From Halomicrobium mukohataei DSM 12286 (GTDB lineage Archaea > Halobacteriota > Halobacteria > Halobacteriales > Haloarculaceae), in contig NC_013202.1 of NCBI RefSeq assembly GCF_000023965.1, positions 2,370,001 to 2,402,000 of the forward strand: a stretch of 32,000 nucleotides of DNA, written 5' to 3'. Below, piece by piece: positions 1 to 9,287 of this stretch (position 1 is its first letter; each line of letters opens with the position of its first letter). A program made the position numbers and the translations under genes. The notes beneath the pieces are model-generated. The model ran no database searches. It saw only the letters and a program-made list of their open reading frames with translations, and was not told the origin of the DNA.

Positions 1-111
1 CGTCGAGCCACCGGCTTCGAGGCCCAGCGCGACGAGGCCGAGCCCGAGCAGTTTGCTCGCCGTGTCCAGCAGTCGATACTGTCGCTCCGAGAGAGTGGCG
101 GCGTCAGTCAT
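1..111 (-). CDS. hypothetical membrane protein, N-terminal part only (gene runs off the left edge)
   Basis: The ATG at 111-109 overlaps the cytochrome b stop (ATGACTGA). It translates to [37 protein letters not shown], which has a hydrophobic stretch. It is too short in-window to appear in the ORF track. Confidence 0.35.
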   Translation of the reverse strand, partial: MTDAATLSERQYRLLDTASKLLGLGLVALGLEAGGST

Positions 112-1501
112 CGTCGCCACCCCCGTCGGACGACCTCGCTGGTCCGCCGTCGGCCGCAACGTCTTCACCGTCCGTCTCCGGGGGCGTCGCGGGATCGTCC
201 TCGCGCAACAGCAGGTACGTGGCGATCCCGAACAGCGTCGGCACGATCAGCAGCGCGGCCGCGAGGATCGGATTGACGACGCTGGTCGAGACGTCGAGCA
301 CCTGGTTCGCGAGGATGTTGTTCATCCCCGCGATGGAGGCGATCATGACGAACGCCACCGCCGCGACGCCGACGGCGGTCTGCCAGGGCCGGTCCAGCGG
401 ATCGGCGGTGAAGTGAACTTCCGGCGTCCGGTCGATAAAGGGCCAGGCCAGGATCGCCGCGAACACGAGGCCGGGCAGCACGATGCCACCGAGGAACTCG
501 CTGTTGATGTGGATCGGGCCGAGGTCGATGGCGATGCCCGGAAGCAGCTTCAAGAAGCCGTAGACCCACATCAGGAACCAGTCCGGCATGATGAGCTCCG
601 GCGTCGCTGCGGGGTCGTTGGGGCCGTACTCGGCGACGTTGTGGACCGGGAGCAGGCCGGCCAGCAGCGACAGCGTCGCGGCCGTCAGGAAGAACACGAC
701 CGCCGACACCGCGGCCTGGTTGGGGACCGCCGGGAGCCCGACGATCACGTCGTCGTTCTCCCGGTCGATCGCCTCGCGGCCGGTCTCGACGTCGTCTTCG
801 CGGGGTGCCTCGGTGTGTTTCTGGCGAACCAGGATGAACATGTGCAGGGCCAGCCCCCCCATGATCAGCAGGGGGATCACGAGCACGTGCAGGAAGTACA
901 GCCGCGGGATCGTCGCGCTCGTGGGGAACTCGCCCCCGAAGACGATCTCGGCGAGGAAGTCACCGACCAGCGGCACCGAGACCGTGAGATTGTACCCGAT
1001 CCCCGTCGCCGTCGCGGCGAACTCGTCGAACGGCAGCGCGTAGCCGGTGTAGGCCGCCCCCATCGCCAGCACGGCCAGCCCGGTGCCGACGACCCAGTTC
1101 GGTTCCCGGGGGTTCCGGTAGGCCCCGGTGAAGAACACCCGGAGCATGTGGAGCCCGATCGAGGCCACGAACAGGTGGGCCGCCCAGTGGTGGAGCCGCC
1201 GGATGAACATCCCGAACGGGACGGTGTAGGTGATGTGCAGCACCGAGACGAACGCTTCTGGCATCTCCTCGCCCTGGAACTGGGCGACGCTGCCGTCGTA
1301 CTGGACGGCGCTGGTCGACGGCTCGTAGAAGAAGCCGAGGAACACGCCGGTCAGGATCAAGAGGAGGAAACAGAAGACCGCGACCTCCCCCAGCAGGAAC
1401 GAGTCCTCGGCCGGGAACGCCTTCCCGAGGAACGTCTGGCCGTTCTCCAGGTCGAGTCGGCTGTCGAACCAGTCGTAGACCTGCTTCGCTCGGGACATCA
1501 T
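104..1501 (-). CDS. petB: cytochrome b of a bc-type complex (fused b6 + subunit IV-like, 465 aa)
   Basis: This is a polytopic membrane protein whose N-terminus ([19 protein letters not shown]...[15 protein letters not shown]) and conserved His-containing helices are typical of cytochrome b. The start overlaps the Rieske gene stop by 4 nt (ATGA). Confidence 0.9.
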   Translation of the reverse strand: MMSRAKQVYDWFDSRLDLENGQTFLGKAFPAEDSFLLGEVAVFCFLLLILTGVFLGFFYEPSTSAVQYDGSVAQFQGEEMPEAFVSVLHITYTVPFGMFIRRLHHWAAHLFVASIGLHMLRVFFTGAYRNPREPNWVVGTGLAVLAMGAAYTGYALPFDEFAATATGIGYNLTVSVPLVGDFLAEIVFGGEFPTSATIPRLYFLHVLVIPLLIMGGLALHMFILVRQKHTEAPREDDVETGREAIDRENDDVIVGLPAVPNQAAVSAVVFFLTAATLSLLAGLLPVHNVAEYGPNDPAATPELIMPDWFLMWVYGFLKLLPGIAIDLGPIHINSEFLGGIVLPGLVFAAILAWPFIDRTPEVHFTADPLDRPWQTAVGVAAVAFVMIASIAGMNNILANQVLDVSTSVVNPILAAALLIVPTLFGIATYLLLREDDPATPPETDGEDVAADGGPARSSDGGGDDD

Positions 1502-2145
1502 TCACCTCCGGGACCGACGGTCCCTTCGAAGTCTCCGGTCGCGACGAGTTCCCCCTCGCTGGTCATCGTGATCGGGAGCTGTGGCAGCGCTCGTCCCGGC
1601 GGCCCGTCGGTCACCGCGGCACCCGACAGCGGATCGAACTTCCCGAAGTGACACGGGCAGACGAGCGCGTTCCCCTCTCGGTTCGAGACCATACAGCCCG
1701 CGTGCGTACAGACTTTCGAGTAGGCGGCGTAGCCGTCGACGGTGAAGGCCATGTTCGTGTCGCCGCCGTAGTCGTCCTCCGAGAAGCGCACCAGCAGCGT
1801 CGGAGCGTCCTCGATCCCCGGTCGCGGCTCGGGGAACACCGTCATCTGCTCGCCCGCCGACAGCGCGCTCTCGGTGACGCGGTTGCCGTCCCCGTCGACG
1901 AGGTTGATCCCGTCGGAGTAGATCGGGCCGCTGTACCCGCGCTCGAACACCTGTGTCAGGCCCGCCAGCGGCGCGGCGAGGCTCGCGACGGCAGTCAGCC
2001 CGCCGGTCGTCGCGAGGACCTTCGCGAAGTCACGCCGCTGGAGCTGTGCGCGGTCGTCGGTGAAGATGCTCGGCTGGCTCGCGCTCCCAGCACACGGACA
2101 CTGTTCGTCGTCTCCGTCGTCGTCCGGTTTCGGGTAGTCCATCAT
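1498..2145 (-). CDS. petA: Rieske 2Fe-2S protein with twin-arginine signal
   Basis: It carries the CTHAGC...CPCHFGKF Rieske cluster-binding boxes and an [13 protein letters not shown] Tat-type signal. I placed the start at the internal MMDYPKPDD (2145), which gives an ATGA overlap with the upstream ORF stop. The upstream 87 codons of the track ORF are Arg-rich and atypical. Confidence 0.9.
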   Translation of the reverse strand: MMDYPKPDDDGDDEQCPCAGSASQPSIFTDDRAQLQRRDFAKVLATTGGLTAVASLAAPLAGLTQVFERGYSGPIYSDGINLVDGDGNRVTESALSAGEQMTVFPEPRPGIEDAPTLLVRFSEDDYGGDTNMAFTVDGYAAYSKVCTHAGCMVSNREGNALVCPCHFGKFDPLSGAAVTDGPPGRALPQLPITMTSEGELVATGDFEGTVGPGGE

Positions 2146-2717
2146 TCGTGCCCCCTGTGTTCTGCGACTTCGATGTGTGGCATGAACCAGGCGTAGTAGG
2201 CGACCGTCGACAGCGCCAGCGAGAGGAACATACCGGCGGCGTAGACGCCGAAGTACTGCGTTCGAGCCAGCGTCAGGTACTCGCCGGTAAACAGCGCGGC
2301 GAACACGATCGCGAGGACGGTCAGCCCGCCCATCGCGACCAGTCCCTCGATGGCGTCGGTCGCGTCGTGGTACTCGACGATCCAGCGCTCGTCGGTTTCG
2401 AGCCACGGTAACGACACCGTCCCGCCGTCCGCGACCGCCTCGGCGTCGTCCGGGGGTCGCACGGCGTCGTTCATGAACCGGTGGACGGCCATCAGCGCCC
2501 CCAGCAGTCCGAACAGTCCGACCCAGACGATCACGCCGACCTGACTGGGCGACAGCTTGTTCGGCGTGTCGACGAAACCATCGAGGGGACGGATGTCGGT
2601 GACGCTCTCGTCGATCGCGATCTCCTCCGACGGCGGCTCACCGTGTAGCGAGACGTACCACATCGGGAGCAACACCGCGGCGATCAACAGCACGATCAGG
2701 GTCGTGTTGCGTCTCAT
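2142..2717 (-). CDS. hypothetical integral membrane protein, first gene of the cytochrome bc operon
   Basis: The 191-aa product has 4 predicted hydrophobic helices and acidic loops, and it is translationally coupled (4-nt overlap) to the Rieske gene. Confidence 0.7.
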   Translation of the reverse strand: MRRNTTLIVLLIAAVLLPMWYVSLHGEPPSEEIAIDESVTDIRPLDGFVDTPNKLSPSQVGVIVWVGLFGLLGALMAVHRFMNDAVRPPDDAEAVADGGTVSLPWLETDERWIVEYHDATDAIEGLVAMGGLTVLAIVFAALFTGEYLTLARTQYFGVYAAGMFLSLALSTVAYYAWFMPHIEVAEHRGHE

Positions 2718-2979
2718 CGTCGTCGCCTCGCCCCTCCCGTATCCGCGGTTATTCGCCGCCGATGGACGCGCTGTACACGAGTTGCCGGTGGCTGTGCTAG
2801 TCCTTCCTCAGACCCACCATCAGGCACAGATACTGGTTGTGCAGTGCCACGTCTCTCCATACTCGCGCCTGGGTAGCTGATGCGTATAAACCGACACCGC
2901 ACTTCCTGTGGCCGAGGAACGAGCGCGAATCTATTCGGGTCGCCTTTTTAATGTTCTCTCGTGGGGATCGTCGTCGCCA

Positions 2980-3984
2980 TCACACCGGACCGTCGCGGTC
3001 GGGATCGGGTGACGGATCGTCGGGCGCTCCCTCCTCCATCGCGACCCGCATCTGGCCGCTGGTGTCGTCGAAGTGCAGATGCGAGTGGGGGTAGGCGATC
3101 TCCACGTCGGCGTCTTCCAGCGCGGCCCAGACGTTCGTCTGGACTTTCGAGCGGGTCGCGAGCAGCTTGTAGGGCTCGTCGACCCAGTATCGCAGCGTGA
3201 GCTGGACGCCGTGGTCGGCGAAGCTGTTGATGTAACACGTCGGCGCGGCGGGGTATCTGGCCGCACCGACGCGGATGTCCGGCCCGCCCTCGATGACGGC
3301 GTCGACCTGTCGGGCCGAGCGCTCGACGATCCGCCTGGCCTCGTCGAGGTCGCCCTCGTAGGTCACCGTGATGTCGAGTCGCAGGCGCGTTCGGGGGTCC
3401 TCTGCGGAGTAGTTGACCACGTCTCGCTCCCGGATCGTCCCGTTCGGAATGACGATGAACGTGTTGTCGAGAGTGAATATCTTCGTGTATCGGAGCGTGA
3501 TGTCCTCGACGAAGCCCCGCGTATCGGTGTCGGAGAGCTCGATCATGTCACCGATCTCGTAGGGCTGGTCCGCGAGCAGGAAGACGCCGCTGACGATCGA
3601 ACCGACGACCGGAGCGATCACCACACCGACCACGGCAGAGAACACGGCGACCGACAGCGAGATGTCGCTCAGCTTGAGCCCGTAGATACGGAGGATCGAC
3701 AGGAGAGCGATCAGGAACACCGCGCCCCGGATCCCTCTGATCGCGGTCCGGGTCAGACTCGGCCGCTGGAACCGACGCGCGATGCGCCGACCGAACACGA
3801 GCACGACGAGCCGCGAGGCGAAGTACGCCACCGCGAGAACCACGACCACCGCACCCAGATCCAGTATCCAGTCGGGCACGCCCGGAAACATCCCGTAGGG
3901 CACCGGCGATTCGAGCGTCCCGGTCGGCGACGCTGTCGGCGTCGCTGTCCCGCTCTGGGCCCCCGAGACGCCACCCGTCGTCAT
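2980..3984 (-). CDS. mechanosensitive ion channel, MscS family
   Basis: Three TM helices are followed by an MscS beta-domain signature (GDMIELSDTDTRGFVEDITLRYTKIFTLDNTFIVIPNG). I chose the start at MTTGGVSG (3984), about 26 nt downstream of a CTTTTATCC box. The track ORF extends further into a Cys/Trp-rich, atypical N-terminus. Confidence 0.85.
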   Translation of the reverse strand: MTTGGVSGAQSGTATPTASPTGTLESPVPYGMFPGVPDWILDLGAVVVVLAVAYFASRLVVLVFGRRIARRFQRPSLTRTAIRGIRGAVFLIALLSILRIYGLKLSDISLSVAVFSAVVGVVIAPVVGSIVSGVFLLADQPYEIGDMIELSDTDTRGFVEDITLRYTKIFTLDNTFIVIPNGTIRERDVVNYSAEDPRTRLRLDITVTYEGDLDEARRIVERSARQVDAVIEGGPDIRVGAARYPAAPTCYINSFADHGVQLTLRYWVDEPYKLLATRSKVQTNVWAALEDADVEIAYPHSHLHFDDTSGQMRVAMEEGAPDDPSPDPDRDGPV

Positions 3985-4005
3985 GCTCGTCCAATCCGCG
4001 TCTCC

Positions 4006-4014
4006 GGATAAAAG
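4006..4014 (-). promoter_or_regulatory. TATA-like box (CTTTTATCC on the minus strand) for a leaderless mscS transcript
   Basis: This is an AT-rich 9-mer in GC-rich DNA, centred about 26 nt upstream of the ATG at 3984. Confidence 0.45.
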
Positions 4015-4127
4015 GGTTGCGTAGCGCCCGACCACGGCAGGCGTTATCGCGGTACAACACCGTACTACAGGAACAATTAAACAATTAGCCAACAGGTACT
4101 TGACCGTCCACCAGCTAGGCACAGTCG

Positions 4128-4325
4128 ATGACCAGTATCGACTCACGCTGCACTGCAGCGAGTGCAGAGGCACCGCCACCGACGACCGGTCGCCGGAAGT
4201 CGTTGCTCTTCTGTCCGACCTGCGAATTCGAGAGTTCCGCCGACGGAAACTGGATCGTCCGCGCCACGGCCGACGAGCGCGAACTCGTCTGCCCGGACTG
4301 CCGTTCGACGGTCGCGACGCGGTAG
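4128..4325 (+). CDS. small zinc-ribbon protein (two CPxC pairs)
   Basis: The 65-aa product has CPTC...CPDC spaced about 28 residues apart and GC3-rich codons. I preferred it over the overlapping 102-aa TTG-start ORF, which is Arg-rich. Confidence 0.55.
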   Translation: MTSIDSRCTAASAEAPPPTTGRRKSLLFCPTCEFESSADGNWIVRATADERELVCPDCRSTVATR

Positions 4326-4481
4326 TTCGTCTCGTTTTGCCGGGCGTCTACAGTGACGACCGAAGTGATTCACACCCGTCGCACTCTCCTGGGATCGGAG
4401 TTCACTGACTGTCACCGACGACTGTGACCGATCTCTCCGACCCGGGTGGTGACGCCCCCTGCGAACTGACGGCCGTCGGCA

Positions 4482-5348
4482 TCACTCGTCGTATTCCACG
4501 ACGCGTTCGTCCGTGACGACGTTGTCGAGGAGACGCGTCGGCGTCGCGTCGTAGGCCGGGTTCTCGATCGAGAACCCTTCCGCCGGCTCTCGCATCACCT
4601 CCGAGACCGACCGGAACTCGTTTTCGAACGCGAAGCCGCCGTCGATCAGTTTCGACTCCGATCCGACGACGGTCACTGGAACGCCCTGATCGGCGGCGGC
4701 CGCCGCGATCGGGTACGTCCCGACGCGGTTGTACAGCGTGTCGTCGACGATGCAGTCCATGCCCACGAGTACGTGATCACACTCCGAGAGATAGTGGCCG
4801 GCGGCGCTGTCGACGATCAGGCGCACGTCGACGCCGTCGATCCCCGCCATCGATCGAGCCAGCTTGCGACCGAGATATCGGGGGCGTGCTTCCGTGACGT
4901 ACACCGTCATGTCGACTTCCCCGTCGGCGGTCTCGATCGCACGCTCGATACTCTCGATCACGGTCGCGGAGTAGTCGTGCGTGAGGAGCGTCGCCGTGGG
5001 ATCGAGGCGGTCGCCACACCGCTTTGCGGCCCGTTCTTTGCCGGCCTCGACCTGCTCGACGACGGCCTGAATCGCGGCTTCGGTCTCGGCTTTCGCGTCC
5101 GCGACGCTATCGAGGTCCGCCCCGGAGACGCGCTCGACGATCGCCCGCTGGGTCGTGTGCAACGACGCGTGCGACGGGTTCGCGCGTCGAAGTGCGCTGC
5201 TGTTTCGCTCCAGCGCCCGGACGTACTCCTCGGTGGTCGGGAACTCGCGGTCGGCGAGTGCCGACAGCGCTCTCGCTGCTTTCACGGCGACGACGGAGGA
5301 GCTGTGGGTCTGCATCTCGGAAATCTCCTCGACGGTCTCGTCGATCAT
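4482..5348 (-). CDS. eIF-2B alpha/beta/delta family protein (ribose-1,5-bisphosphate isomerase-like)
   Basis: The C-terminal half (VYVTEARPRYLGRKLA...VLVGMDCIVDDTLYNRVGTYPIAAAA...NPAYDATP) matches the eIF-2B/MtnA/R15P isomerase fold family. I chose the start at MIDETVEEI (5348). Confidence 0.8.
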   Translation of the reverse strand: MIDETVEEISEMQTHSSSVVAVKAARALSALADREFPTTEEYVRALERNSSALRRANPSHASLHTTQRAIVERVSGADLDSVADAKAETEAAIQAVVEQVEAGKERAAKRCGDRLDPTATLLTHDYSATVIESIERAIETADGEVDMTVYVTEARPRYLGRKLARSMAGIDGVDVRLIVDSAAGHYLSECDHVLVGMDCIVDDTLYNRVGTYPIAAAAADQGVPVTVVGSESKLIDGGFAFENEFRSVSEVMREPAEGFSIENPAYDATPTRLLDNVVTDERVVEYDE

Positions 5349-5431
5349 ACTCGTGGCTCGGACCCCCGCCACCAAGGGCTTTCCCCATCGCCGAATCATA
5401 TTTAACTGCGGACGCGCACCATCCACTGGCT

Positions 5432-5869
5432 ATGGTGTCGATCGGGTCGCCGCTGGACGAGCGAGCGATCTCCGAGAGCACGAGCGTCGCGATTCTGGTC
5501 GGCATCACCGTCGTCGTGACCGCCTCGGTCGGACTGAACGTCCTCGTGGCAGACAGCCAGGAGACCGGCCCGCCGTCGGCGAACTTCACCTACGATCACG
5601 TCGAGCAGAGCAACACGCTCATCGTGACCCACGACCGCGGCGACGAACTCGAAGCCGGAAAGATCCACTTCGTCGGTGCCGACCAGGACACGACCTGGGC
5701 GGCAGCGGCGGGGACCAACGAGACGACGACCGTCGGTCCGGGCGACATCGTCCAGCTCAGCGAGAACAACGCCTTCGGCACGCCGGTGACAGCTTCGACA
5801 CAGATCGAGGTGCAGTACGTCTACGAGGGCAACCGGACCACGCTCGACCAGTGGCCGTCGGAGCAATGA
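5432..5869 (+). CDS. archaeal type IV pilin-like protein (class III signal peptide, DUF1628-like)
   Basis: The N-terminus (DERAISESTSVAILVGITVVV) is followed by ANFTYD...LIVTHDRGDEL, which is typical of haloarchaeal pilin-like proteins. The ATG at 5432 lies inside a longer track ORF whose upstream part is Arg-rich. Confidence 0.7.
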   Translation: MVSIGSPLDERAISESTSVAILVGITVVVTASVGLNVLVADSQETGPPSANFTYDHVEQSNTLIVTHDRGDELEAGKIHFVGADQDTTWAAAAGTNETTTVGPGDIVQLSENNAFGTPVTASTQIEVQYVYEGNRTTLDQWPSEQ

Positions 5870-5888
5870 CTCGATTCCGTCTCCAGCA

Positions 5889-6980
5889 CTAGCTCGCCGA
5901 CACCGTCTCAGCGTCGCCCGCCGGCTCCTCGCCGAGCAGCCGGTCCAGCGACAGCGGGCCGCTCCCGAGGGTTACCAGTGCCGACGCCATCCCGAACAGC
6001 GTGACGTGTGCCAGCACGGGATCTTGCGGCAGGCCGAACAGCGTCGTCGTGAAGAGCAGGAATGCGACCCCGGCGCTGGCTCGCGTCAGCAGGCCGACGA
6101 TCAGCGCGAGTCCGACGACGGCCTCGGTCACGCCCGCTCCGAGCACCCAGAGGCCGGGATCGACCGGGACGACGGCCGTGAGGTCGTACTTCTCGACCAC
6201 TGCGAGCGATCGCGCCGGATCGCCGAGCTTCTGCGTGACGCCGAGGAAGACGAAAGAGACGCCCAGGCCGACGCGTAGCACCGTCGGGACGTACCGGCGG
6301 TACGGGGCCGTCAGCTCGTCGAGCCAGGCTTTCAGCAGGTGGACCCGGTCGACGCGCCCGTAGATCGATCCCTCCGTCGAGGCGATGTCCAGCAGGATGT
6401 CGTCGGCGCTGGGGCGACCGCCGCCGAGGACGAACAGCGCGACGAAACCGGGGACGTACTCCAGTGCCAGCAGCGCGTCGGGACTGACGGCCAGTGCCAG
6501 CACGTACAGTCCCATCCCGAAGGTGGTCACGATTCGCGTGCCGAGACCGAAGAGCAGGCAGAACCCGACGCCGATCAGCGCGAGGCGCAAGAGCGGGTTC
6601 GCGGTGGGATCGAACGACACCGTCGGTGCGAACAGGTACCCCTGAAAGCCCGCACCGACCAGCGGGAGCCCCAGGCTCAGGCGCAACATCCACGGGATCA
6701 GGTCCTCGTAGGTCGCGAGTTTGGCGCGGAGAATCTCGATATCGAGGACACGAGGCCGGTACCGCAGGTACAACGCCAGTCCGGTGACGGCGACGGCACC
6801 GCTGCCGACGAACAGCGCTGCGTTGACCGGCACCGCCAGTGTCTCGCGAACGAACGCAATCGCGTCGACCGCATCACCGGTCGGATCGGTCACGTAGTCG
6901 ACGTGCGCAGCGGCCGGTCGAGCGATGGCCGCGAGCCCGACGAGTGCGAGTGCCACACGAGAGACCTTCGAGAACGTCAT
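5889..6980 (-). CDS. DoxX-family-like polytopic membrane protein with signal peptide
   Basis: The 363-aa product has the N-terminal signal ALALVGLAAIARPAAAHV, two blocks of hydrophobic helices, and a C-terminal block that resembles DoxX. Confidence 0.7.
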   Translation of the reverse strand: MTFSKVSRVALALVGLAAIARPAAAHVDYVTDPTGDAVDAIAFVRETLAVPVNAALFVGSGAVAVTGLALYLRYRPRVLDIEILRAKLATYEDLIPWMLRLSLGLPLVGAGFQGYLFAPTVSFDPTANPLLRLALIGVGFCLLFGLGTRIVTTFGMGLYVLALAVSPDALLALEYVPGFVALFVLGGGRPSADDILLDIASTEGSIYGRVDRVHLLKAWLDELTAPYRRYVPTVLRVGLGVSFVFLGVTQKLGDPARSLAVVEKYDLTAVVPVDPGLWVLGAGVTEAVVGLALIVGLLTRASAGVAFLLFTTTLFGLPQDPVLAHVTLFGMASALVTLGSGPLSLDRLLGEEPAGDAETVSAS

Positions 6981-7099
6981 ACACGCTGTTAGGGCCGGCG
7001 ACGCCTAACCTTGCCCCCGACGACACGGCCGAGTCCTGTGGTCCCGGTGTCAAAAACCCGACCGGTAAAATTATACTTTCCTGGAGGCTATTGGGGACA

Positions 7100-7579
7100 G
7101 TGAGCGTCAACGTCGAATCGCGGGTCGTCGATCGCGGGAACGACGATCACGTCGATGCCGCCTGGAAGCTCAAAGAGCGGATCCGGGAGCGTGAGGGCGT
7201 CCTCAGACAGCGACACGGATTCTTCAGCGACGCCTACCGACGATCTCGGGTCTACCTCTACGTCGACGGCTCCCGAAACCGCCTCATCGGCTTCGCGGCC
7301 GTCCGCAGTGACGGCTACATCCTCTTTCTGGCCGTCGACGAGGAGTACCGCGGCCACGGGTTCGGCAAGCGACTCATCGCTCGCGTCTCGGAGGACTACG
7401 GGAGCGTTACGTGTCACGCGCGTGCGACCAATCAGGCGGCGATCTCGTTCTACGAACACCTCGGGTTCGAACGCCGACGCGAGATCGACAACTACTACGA
7501 GGACGGCGGCGACGCCTACTACCTCAAGCTCGGTGACGCTTCGATCCGCGAGAAGCTCTCGAATCTCCTGCGCGGGTGA
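7100..7579 (+). CDS. GNAT family N-acetyltransferase
   Basis: It has an acetyl-CoA binding motif (LAVDEEYRGHGFGKRLI) and NQAAISFYEHLGF. There is no in-frame ATG near the domain, so I propose a GTG start at 7100 (TTG at 7091 is the alternative). The upstream part of the track ORF is Arg-rich. Confidence 0.8.
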   Translation: MSVNVESRVVDRGNDDHVDAAWKLKERIREREGVLRQRHGFFSDAYRRSRVYLYVDGSRNRLIGFAAVRSDGYILFLAVDEEYRGHGFGKRLIARVSEDYGSVTCHARATNQAAISFYEHLGFERRREIDNYYEDGGDAYYLKLGDASIREKLSNLLRG

Positions 7580-7667
7580 GCGTCACGCCAGGCGGCTGTG
7601 ACGGGGTCGTTCCAGTCGTCGCTCGGCTGACCGGCACGTTTATTCCCCCGATCTGTCACACTCACGT

Positions 7668-8015
7668 ATGGTTCTTCAGGTCGGACTGGTGGAAAGCACG
7701 CTCGTTCTCGGATTCGTGTTCGTCGTCATCCTCCTCGCGATCGGCCTGTCCGCACTCGCCATCTGGGTCGACCACCGCAAGGAGATGGCGCTCATCGAAC
7801 AGGGCCGGTACCCCGAAGATCCCAACCCTGCGTGGGTACTGGCCGCCGGATTCCTCCTCTTCGGGTACGGTATCGGCAGCGCTATCAACGGCTTCGCGGC
7901 CGGCGCACCGGGCGTTCAGGGTGCTGTCCCGGCGTTTCTCGGTCTCGCCGCGCTGGCGTACTACTTCGTCCGCCGTCGGGAGGGCATCGAGCGCGCCCGC
8001 TCCGACGGCGACTGA
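7668..8015 (+). CDS. hypothetical small membrane protein
   Basis: The 115-aa product has 3 hydrophobic helices. A GTTTATT box lies about 27 nt upstream of the ATG. Confidence 0.6.
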   Translation: MVLQVGLVESTLVLGFVFVVILLAIGLSALAIWVDHRKEMALIEQGRYPEDPNPAWVLAAGFLLFGYGIGSAINGFAAGAPGVQGAVPAFLGLAALAYYFVRRREGIERARSDGD

Positions 8016-8108
8016 TACCGCCGGCACGCGTCAGTTCGATCACTCCGACAGACACGTCGAACCGAGAGGCGCAACGCCTTTGATGGCCGTCCGCAAAGAC
8101 GTGTTCAG

Positions 8109-9287
8109 ATGGAAGAGCGGACGCAGGCGTACCTTCGGGGACGTTTCGGCGACCACTATCGCCGCAGCGAGTTCACCCCGCCGCCGGACGCCAACGAGCG
8201 CGAGTGGGGTTTTATTCCGTGGACCGACGGCCCCGGCGAGACGATGGTCCGACACCGCTCGCTGCTGGATCTGGGCGAGCTGGGGGAGTTCCTCCAGCGC
8301 AAGCGGCCCAAACACGTCTACTTCTCCGCGGGCCGGTACCGCGACCCCAGCGCCTCCTCGATGAGCGCCAAGGAGTGGCGGTCCTCGGACCTCGTCTTCG
8401 ACCTCGACGCCGATCACCTGCCCGCCGTCGAACTCGGCGAAGACAGCTACGCGCAGATGCTCGCAAAGTGCAAGGACGCGTTGCTCCGACTGCTCGACTT
8501 CCTGGAGAACGACTTCGGCTTCGAGGACCTGACCGTCGTCTTCTCCGGCGGCCGAGGGTACCACGTCCACGTGCGCGACGCGGGCATCCAGCAGCTCGAA
8601 CGGGACGCGCGCCGGGAGATCGTCGACTACGTCCGCGGGATCGGGCTGGAGTTCGAACAGCTCGTCGACGAGGAGGCCGTGGCCGGAACGGCGGGGCGGT
8701 CTTCGCCGGCACAGAAGCGGACGCTCTCGACCGAAGGCGGGTGGAGCCGCCGGGCTCACCGCCACGTGATGAGCGTCGTCGACGACCTGCTGGAACGCGA
8801 CGAGGAGGCGGCGATCGAGCGCCTCATGGAGTACGAGGGGATCGGCGAGGGGAAGGCGACGGCGGCGCTCAGCGCGGCCCGTCAGAACTACGACCAGCTC
8901 GCGGCCGGCAACATCGACGTGCATCCGGCCTTCTTCCAGATCGCCAAGCCGCTGATGACCGAGGTCGTCGCGATGGACAACGCCCCGATCGACGAGCCGG
9001 TGACGACGGACACGAACCGCCTGATCCGTCTGCCCGGCAGCCTCCACGGCGGCAGCGGTCTCGAAGTACGGCGGATCGAGCGCGACGACATCGACGAGTT
9101 CGATCCGCTGGTCGACGCCGTTCCGGAGACCTTCCGCGGCCACGACATCACGATCGAAGTCACTGACGGCGGCCCGGTCGAACTCGGTGGCGACAGCTTT
9201 ACATTGGAACCGGGCATTGGAACCTATCCAGAGCACGTGGGCGTCTTCGCGATGGCCCGCGGCCGCGCCGAGAAAGGCCCAGAATGA
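8109..9287 (+). CDS. priS: DNA primase small (catalytic) subunit PriS
   Basis: It has the AEP primase motifs (SDLVFDLDADH, VVFSGGRGYHVHV, RLIRLPGSLHG) and overlaps the next gene by ATGA. Confidence 0.92.
   Translation: MEERTQAYLRGRFGDHYRRSEFTPPPDANEREWGFIPWTDGPGETMVRHRSLLDLGELGEFLQRKRPKHVYFSAGRYRDPSASSMSAKEWRSSDLVFDLDADHLPAVELGEDSYAQMLAKCKDALLRLLDFLENDFGFEDLTVVFSGGRGYHVHVRDAGIQQLERDARREIVDYVRGIGLEFEQLVDEEAVAGTAGRSSPAQKRTLSTEGGWSRRAHRHVMSVVDDLLERDEEAAIERLMEYEGIGEGKATAALSAARQNYDQLAAGNIDVHPAFFQIAKPLMTEVVAMDNAPIDEPVTTDTNRLIRLPGSLHGGSGLEVRRIERDDIDEFDPLVDAVPETFRGHDITIEVTDGGPVELGGDSFTLEPGIGTYPEHVGVFAMARGRAEKGPE

Noticed and set aside
53-1651. A 532-aa plus-strand ORF lies antisense to cytochrome b. 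Similar long antisense or overlapping ORFs occur at 8040-9236, 12057-14090, 14771-16204, 15993-17735, 18128-19396, 22250-23518, 23451-24869, 26287-27492 and 28149-29438.
   Set aside because: Their translations are Arg/Pro/Gly/His-rich and basic with no recognisable domains. These are typical shadow ORFs of 65% GC DNA lying opposite genes with clear family signatures.
4100-4408. A 102-aa TTG-start ORF overlaps the small zinc-ribbon gene in another frame.
   Set aside because: It is Arg-rich, has a weak start, and has only one CxxC. The 65-aa frame has two CPxC pairs and better codon bias.
4326-4481. I considered a possible degenerate palindromic-family copy between the zinc-ribbon gene and the eIF-2B-like gene (CGTTTTGCCGGG..., AGTGACGACC...GTCGCACT, GACGGCCGTC).
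   Set aside because: Similarity to the family is limited to a CGTTT.GCC stretch and generic small hairpins. There are no TACGG/CCGTA termini, so I could not align it convincingly by eye.
8011-8035. ACTGA-N15-TCAGT follows a GAC TGA TAC gene end, and I considered it a ninth copy or excision footprint of the palindromic family.
   Set aside because: Only the 6-nt TGATAC start is shared, and the rest is too short to align. I kept it as a remark under the 23469 palindrome finding.
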